The position numbers and the translations under genes are program-made. Below the pieces are notes generated by a model. That model made no database searches. It was not told where the DNA came from and worked only from the letters and a program-made list of their open reading frames with translations. A stretch of 64,000 nt of DNA from Candidatus Omnitrophota bacterium (lineage in GTDB: Bacteria > Omnitrophota > Gorgyraeia > JABMRN01 > RBG-13-46-9): NCBI GenBank assembly GCA_016782445.1, contig JADHYM010000001.1, forward strand, positions 10,212-74,211, in the 5' to 3' direction. The stretch's first letter is position 1; each line of letters begins with the position of its first letter. Of this stretch, positions 58,663-64,000 are shown in pieces.

Positions 58663-59979
58663 CTAACCCATTCCGTCCCTGGGACGGAATGGGTTTTTCT
58701 TGGCTTCGCCGGCGACAAAAAAGGATCCCGCAACAAGTATCAAATCCTCTTTTCCGGCCAGGGAAAGCGCCAAACTCATGGCATCTTTTACTGAATATGT
58801 TACTTCGATATTTTTTTTCCTTATGAACCTTTTAATTTTCGCCGGGTCCTCAGCGCGTTCCCGGCCTGCCCTTGTTGTTATTACAAAACTCGCCCGGGGC
58901 GCGAGTTCTTCGCAAATGCCCTTTATATCCTTATCCTTCGAGACGCCCAGAACAAGGATCATTCGACGGAATTTAAAATTTCTTTTCACGGTTTCCACGA
59001 TCGCCCGCGCGCTGCTTCTGTTCTGAGCGCCGTCTAGTATTATTGTCGGGTTTTTCCTTATCGCCTCGCACCGGCAAGAATGACGCGCCTTCTTAAGGCC
59101 TTCTTTTATATGAGGCGGCTTGATCTTCGCGCCTCTTTCCGCAAGCGCCTCGCATGAGGCCAGGCCAGAACACGCGTTTTCTATCTGGTGCCGGCCCACC
59201 ATAGAGATCTTGCAGCTTTTATACTTTCCCAGCCTTCCCGTGACATCAAATATTTCATTTCTCGAATCGTGATAGCGTTCTTTAAATTTTATGTCCCTTC
59301 CCACCAAAATAAATTTGTTCCTAAAACGCTCGACGCGGCGCTCGATTACTGAGAGGGGCCCTTTTTGCTGCGGAGAGCTCACTGTCACGCATCTTTCCTT
59401 TATTATGCCCGCTTTCTCGGCCGCGATCTCACGAAGCGTCGGCCCGAGAATACGGGTGTGGTCGCAACTTATAGGCGCCACAACCGAGACAACCGGACGC
59501 ACTATATTTGTCGCGTCAAGCGTGCCGCCTAAGCCAACCTCTATCACGCCGTAATCCGTTTTTTTCTTCTTAAAATAATTGAACGCGAGGATTGTCAGCA
59601 CTTCAAAATAGGTGGGTTTAAAATTCAATTTTTTCCGGGCCAGAGCTTTTTTTATTCTCTTCACCCCAGAGGCTAAGTCGCTTTTCCGTATCATTTCGCC
59701 GTTTATCGAGATCCTCTCCCGAAGATCGGCTATGTGGGGCGAGGTATAGAGGGCTGTCCTGTATCCGGCTTCTTCGAGTATCTTAGCAATAAAAACCGCG
59801 ATAGAGCCCTTGCCCTTTGTCCCCGCTACGTGAACGGCGCGGAAACTTTCCTGGGGATTTTGAAAAATTTGCGCAAGACGCCGGGCCCTCTCGAGAGCAA
59901 AGATCTTTTTATCGCGATATCCTATTTTCTCGTAGTCGATAAACGTCTCAAGGTATCTTATCGCTTCGTCATGCCTCAT
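58663..59979 (-). CDS. folC: Folylpolyglutamate/dihydrofolate synthase
   Basis: HVAGTKGKGS, YTSPH, EVGLGG.LDATN and GSFF motifs. Confidence 0.95.
   Translation of the reverse strand: MRHDEAIRYLETFIDYEKIGYRDKKIFALERARRLAQIFQNPQESFRAVHVAGTKGKGSIAVFIAKILEEAGYRTALYTSPHIADLRERISINGEMIRKSDLASGVKRIKKALARKKLNFKPTYFEVLTILAFNYFKKKKTDYGVIEVGLGGTLDATNIVRPVVSVVAPISCDHTRILGPTLREIAAEKAGIIKERCVTVSSPQQKGPLSVIERRVERFRNKFILVGRDIKFKERYHDSRNEIFDVTGRLGKYKSCKISMVGRHQIENACSGLASCEALAERGAKIKPPHIKEGLKKARHSCRCEAIRKNPTIILDGAQNRSSARAIVETVKRNFKFRRMILVLGVSKDKDIKGICEELAPRASFVITTRAGRERAEDPAKIKRFIRKKNIEVTYSVKDAMSLALSLAGKEDLILVAGSFFVAGEAKKNPFRPRDGMG
58665..58695. repeat. 15-bp-arm perfect palindrome at the folC 3' end
   Basis: aacccattccgtccc-t-gggacggaatgggtt. 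Confidence 0.85.
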
Positions 59980-59992
59980 ATTCAGAAAAGGG

Positions 59993-60544
59993 CTATTCCC
60001 TAAGGATCTTTATTTCGGTTTTGAGGAGATTGATTTTTGCTTTTAAGCCGTCAAGGTCGTTTTTGAGGGAGTTGATTTCCCGGTCGAGATCTTCCGTCCT
60101 TCGGTTCCAGAGCGCTATTTCATCGCCGGAGAGGGTAAGTTTGTCTTTTTTTAGAAGGAGCGAGCGTATACTTTTAAGCTTCTCCAGGCGCTCGCTTAAA
60201 GTGTCTTTGACAATGTCGTACTCTATCTGCGTTTGCCGGAGCTTGGCGGAAAGCCCGTCTATCAAAGGGGTGATCTTGGTTTGCTGTATTCTTATTTTTT
60301 CTTTAATCTCCGCTTTTTTTACCGTAAGGCCTTTGCGCAAAAGCCCTATTTCGGAATTCGTCTTTTCCCGCGCCTCTTTCATGGAGAATTTCAGGGCCTC
60401 AATTTTCCTTGCAGTGCTGTCCTTTTCTTTTAAAACCCGAGCGAAAGAGGGGTCCTTCTCGAGCACATCGGCTACTGTCTTTTCGTCCACCCCTGTGCAA
60501 CCAGCTAAAAGTAATACTAAAAATAATATTGGGATTTTGTTCAT
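59993..60544 (-). CDS. Hypothetical coiled-coil lipoprotein
   Basis: Lipobox LAGC; long heptad-rich K/E/L sequence. Confidence 0.65.
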   Translation of the reverse strand: MNKIPILFLVLLLAGCTGVDEKTVADVLEKDPSFARVLKEKDSTARKIEALKFSMKEAREKTNSEIGLLRKGLTVKKAEIKEKIRIQQTKITPLIDGLSAKLRQTQIEYDIVKDTLSERLEKLKSIRSLLLKKDKLTLSGDEIALWNRRTEDLDREINSLKNDLDGLKAKINLLKTEIKILRE

Positions 60545-60569
60545 TTTAAAATTGTTTCGGATTTCGAAT

Positions 60570-61586
60570 TTAAACATTAAACTTGAAATCAACTACATCT
60601 CCATCCTGTATTATATATTCCTTCGCCTCGAGTTTCAAGAGTCCCTTTTTACGGGCCTCCGGAATCGAGCCGCAAGAGACGAGGTCATCAAAGTTAATTA
60701 TCTCCGCCTTTATAAAGCCTCTCTCTATGTCCGTGTGGATCTTTCCGGCTGCCTCTTGAGCCCATATCCCGCGCTTTACGAGCCAGGCTTTCGTCTCGTC
60801 GCCCTTCGCCGTAAAAAAGGTTATATACCCGAGCCCCCCGCAGGCGGCTTCTATCACGCGCTCGGCGGCTCTTTTATTCGCTCCGAGTTCTTTTAAAAAT
60901 TTCTTTTTTTCCTCTTCTTCGAGCTCCGTAATCTCTGCCTCAAACTTCGCCGGAAATTCAACGAGCTTAAGCTTTTTTTCTTTGCAGAAACGCTCGAGAG
61001 CCGGCAGGAATTCCGCGCTCTCCTTTGTCTCTCCGGTATTTCCTACGATAAAAAGGGGTTTTTTGCTTAAAAACTGAAAGCCGCGTATGGATTTTTCCTC
61101 TTCGCAAGTAAATTCGACGTACCTAAGCGGCGTGTTTTTCTCGAGTGCCTCCTTGCATTTAAGAAGGGCCTCTTTTTCCAAAACCTTTTCCCTTGATTTT
61201 TCCTGCCTGATCTCCTTTTCCACGCTATGAAGGCGCTTGTCTATAATACTTGCGTCGGCCAGCATGAATTCAAGATCAATGTCCTCTATGTCCCGTACCG
61301 GATTGCGGCCCGAGAAAACGCCTACAACCTCCATGATCGAATCAACGTCTTTTATCTGGGGTATGTGAAATCCCGGAAGGTCCTCAAAAATAATTTCAGC
61401 CTGGGTGAGGCGTTTCGGGTTAAAGATGGATTTGAGTTTTTCGAGGCGCCCGTCAAAGACTTTTTGCGTACCAAGGTGGGGCTTCGTAGGATCGAGTTTC
61501 TCTGCCTTTTCCTCGGTTTCCTGTGTTATAACCCTGAAGCATGTCGATTTGCCCGAGCCCGCAAAACCGACTATCGCTACCTTCAT
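60570..61586 (-). CDS. ychF: YchF-like ATPase (divergent, DUF933 C-terminus)
   Basis: GFAGSGKST P-loop, TFFT, AGKIHTD.ERGFIKAE and Y..QDGDV motifs. Confidence 0.85.
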   Translation of the reverse strand: MKVAIVGFAGSGKSTCFRVITQETEEKAEKLDPTKPHLGTQKVFDGRLEKLKSIFNPKRLTQAEIIFEDLPGFHIPQIKDVDSIMEVVGVFSGRNPVRDIEDIDLEFMLADASIIDKRLHSVEKEIRQEKSREKVLEKEALLKCKEALEKNTPLRYVEFTCEEEKSIRGFQFLSKKPLFIVGNTGETKESAEFLPALERFCKEKKLKLVEFPAKFEAEITELEEEEKKKFLKELGANKRAAERVIEAACGGLGYITFFTAKGDETKAWLVKRGIWAQEAAGKIHTDIERGFIKAEIINFDDLVSCGSIPEARKKGLLKLEAKEYIIQDGDVVDFKFNV

Positions 61587-61587
61587 A

Positions 61588-61652
61588 TTCAGTTCTCAGT
61601 TCTCAGTTCATAGCTATCAGTAGAACAAAAACTGATAACTGATTACTGAAAA
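61588..61652. repeat. Inverted pair of 7-bp arrays at the RNR/ychF junction
   Basis: ttctcag ttctcag ttcatag ctatcag ... ctgataa ctgatta ctgaaaa. Confidence 0.8.
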
Positions 61653-64000
61653 TTAGCCGCACTTGGAATATCCGCAGGAGCGACACACCATGCATCCTTC
61701 TACATGCCAGAGCGCCCCTCCGCAATCAGGGCATACGCCTACTATGTTGCCTGTTTTCTTTTTAGTGGCTACGGCAGTCGAGCCCGTGGACACAGGGGGG
61801 CTTGAGGTGTTCTCTTTTTCAGGAAGAGGCTTTTCTTCTTTACGGGTTTTACCGAGGAGCCTTTGCTCCACGACACGCGCTATCGCGTCGGAACATGAAA
61901 AAATCCTCCCGCCTTTTTCCCAGCTCGGAGACGGGCAACGTATTCCCCTTAGCTGCTCTATGACGGATTTTATCTCGATGCCACTTCGCAGGGCGAGCGA
62001 AAGTAACCTACCAATCGCCTCAAGCTGCGACATTGCGCAGCCGCCTGCTTTTCCCATCTGCATGAAAACCTCAAAAGGATGCTGTTCCTCATCCTCGTTT
62101 ATCGTGACGTAAAGGTTCCCGCATCCGGTGGCTATTTTTGTCGTAGTGCCGGATATGACAGAAGGCCGGGGCCGCGGAATTATTTTTTGCGAGTCTTTTC
62201 TCGGCTCTCCGTCTTTCGTCTTTTCTTTTTTCTCTATGTTCAGTACCTGCTCGGCCCTGGAGCCGTCCCTGTAGACGGTTACGCCCTTACATCCAAGTTC
62301 GTGCGCCAGCATATAAGTATTTTCGATATCCTCTTTTTTTGTGGAATTGGCGAAATTTATTGTCTTGGAAACAGCATTATCCGTATACTTTTGAAACGCT
62401 GCCTGTATTCTTATGTGCCACTCGGGAGTAATGTCATGCGAGGTAACAAAAAGTTTCCTTACGTCTTCCGGAACTTCCTTTAGCTCCTGGATGTTGCCTT
62501 TTTTAGCTATTTTTTTAAGAAGCTCTTCGCTCCAGAAGCCCCTGTCTTTCGCTATTTTCTCAAACTGTTCGTTGACCTCCGGCAGCTTATCCTTATCCAT
62601 TACTTCTTTATAATACATTATGGCAAAAAGCGGCTCGATGCCGCTTGAGCACCCGGCGATTATGCTTAAAGTTCCCGTGGGCGCTATGGTAGTCACTGTG
62701 GCGTTTCTGAACCTGGATCCGTTTCTCTCACTGTATATGCTCTTTTCAAAATTGGGAAAAACGCCGCGTGTCTCGGCGAGCTCAGATGAAACTTTTCTCG
62801 CCTCTTTCAGTATGAACGCCATCAGCTTATCCGCAGTTCTTACAGCCTCTTCCGAATTATAGGCTATGCCGAGGTCTATCAGCATATCCGCGAATCCCAT
62901 TACTCCCAGTCCGATCTTGCGGTTGGCCCTGGTAATTTTTTCGATCTCTGGGAGCGGAAACCGGTTCATGTCGATGACGTTATCCAGAAAATGGACCGCG
63001 CCCCTTGTCGCCCGTGCAAGCTTTTCCCAGTCGATTTTCCCGCCGGTAATCATTCTGGAAAGATTTATGCTGCCCAGATTACAACTTTCATATGGTAACA
63101 AAACTTGTTCACCGCATTGGTGAGTAACCATCCCGTTAACAACCATGGAATGCGTAAAGGGTTCGGTAAGATCAAAAACCGGCTTCACGCCGTTATATTT
63201 TATTGAGCGTATTTCGTCAAAAAACTTCTCTTCGTAGAATCGAGTAAATTTAATGTTATCTAATTTGCTTTTTTTGTCATTATTGATAAAATTGATTTTC
63301 TTTCTGAATCTCTCGCGGCTGGCTCCGAATATACACAGCTCATACAGTACGCCATCGCTCATATAACTTTTTAGCTTACCCGACTTATCAAGATATTTAA
63401 AAAGCCTCTTTCTTGCCTTGCGGCTTCTGTCATAGATACTGCTTTTAATACCCATGTTCAGCAATAAGAGCTGAACCCCTTGAAGCAATTTTTTACTTTT
63501 GGAGGTTAGCGCTACCCATTCGCTATTGGGTTTTGGATTGCTTCTAACAGTTCCGTCTGCCGAAAAAAGCGCCTGGAGAAATCCTGTAACCGCTTCTTCC
63601 GGAGCCGTAAACAAGGTTTCTGGCACTTCTTTGTCATTCGCACCTTTTATTTTAACGCCCAGTTTTTTGAAGAAATCCACAACCTGCCTACTGCCATACG
63701 CCAGATGAAAGACCTCTCTCTCCCGCATGATTCCTTCTACCTCGTATCCGCACATTCTGTTGAGAATCGGTTTTAAATAATCCAGTATTTCCCTGTCGTC
63801 TCTTCCGAAAGAAAAAGCCACGCACGCATGATTGTCATCCCTTATCCACCCGTCTCCGATAAGCCATCCTAAAATATGTCCCAGTTCTTTTGACCATTCG
63901 CATGGGAAATTAAATTTATAAACCCTTCCGTTTCTGCCTTTAATTTCATTGGAAACGCTAAAGGGTAATTCTTTATTTTTGTTAAATCTTCCACTCGCGC
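61653..64000 (-). CDS. nrdJ: Class II (B12-dependent) ribonucleotide reductase, 5'-truncated, intein-containing, with C-terminal TSCPD/Zn-ribbon
   Basis: CGEQ.L..YESCNLGSINL, R.IGLG.MG, TIAPTGT, SKTIN and KG.TVYRDGS motifs; the frame stays open to the window edge. Confidence 0.9.
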   Translation of the reverse strand, partial: ASGRFNKNKELPFSVSNEIKGRNGRVYKFNFPCEWSKELGHILGWLIGDGWIRDDNHACVAFSFGRDDREILDYLKPILNRMCGYEVEGIMREREVFHLAYGSRQVVDFFKKLGVKIKGANDKEVPETLFTAPEEAVTGFLQALFSADGTVRSNPKPNSEWVALTSKSKKLLQGVQLLLLNMGIKSSIYDRSRKARKRLFKYLDKSGKLKSYMSDGVLYELCIFGASRERFRKKINFINNDKKSKLDNIKFTRFYEEKFFDEIRSIKYNGVKPVFDLTEPFTHSMVVNGMVTHQCGEQVLLPYESCNLGSINLSRMITGGKIDWEKLARATRGAVHFLDNVIDMNRFPLPEIEKITRANRKIGLGVMGFADMLIDLGIAYNSEEAVRTADKLMAFILKEARKVSSELAETRGVFPNFEKSIYSERNGSRFRNATVTTIAPTGTLSIIAGCSSGIEPLFAIMYYKEVMDKDKLPEVNEQFEKIAKDRGFWSEELLKKIAKKGNIQELKEVPEDVRKLFVTSHDITPEWHIRIQAAFQKYTDNAVSKTINFANSTKKEDIENTYMLAHELGCKGVTVYRDGSRAEQVLNIEKKEKTKDGEPRKDSQKIIPRPRPSVISGTTTKIATGCGNLYVTINEDEEQHPFEVFMQMGKAGGCAMSQLEAIGRLLSLALRSGIEIKSVIEQLRGIRCPSPSWEKGGRIFSCSDAIARVVEQRLLGKTRKEEKPLPEKENTSSPPVSTGSTAVATKKKTGNIVGVCPDCGGALWHVEGCMVCRSCGYSKCG
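63117..64000 (-). mobile_element. Intein with LAGLIDADG endonuclease domain (N-terminus outside window)
   Basis: LGWLIGDG and FLQALFSADG motifs, block F VFDLTEP..HS..VNG, block G THQ followed by extein Cys in CGEQ. Confidence 0.9.

Overview
Gene-dense chromosomal segment of a diderm bacterium (LolCD, LptE, BamD, two MlaFED sets, Lnt). Gene order and content suggest a PVC-superphylum lineage such as Ca. Omnitrophota; this is inference only. Almost all genes lie on the minus strand and are housekeeping: alr(partial)-tsaB-tsaE-thiL-mtnA, metG, holB/tmk, cysS/cysE/ispDF, mcsAB-clpC, lysS, comM/yraN/spoVG, ECF sigma and anti-sigma, lnt, secA, frameshifted prfB, uvrC, murJ, rpsT, holA, comEC/comEA, leuS, accA, mnmE, folC, ychF and an intein-containing class II RNR. 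There are two tRNAs, Ala-GGC and Leu-CAA. Four things stand out. (1) A compact operon joins an MlaFED transporter with a complete partner-switching module (RsbW-like kinase, STAS protein, CHASE2-PP2C phosphatase), a FecR protein, an outer-membrane barrel and a GAF/HD-GYP protein, with no sigma factor. (2) A pervasive layer of 7-bp tandem arrays and short palindromes occupies gene junctions and is inserted in frame in conserved enzymes (MnmE, LeuS x3, TsaB, Lnt, anti-sigma). (3) A duplicated ECF-type promoter links an ECF sigma to spoVG-yraN-comM. (4) A free-standing LAGLIDADG gene follows tRNA-Leu, and a structured T-arm-repeat trailer follows tRNA-Ala. No CRISPR array, rRNA or transposase was seen.
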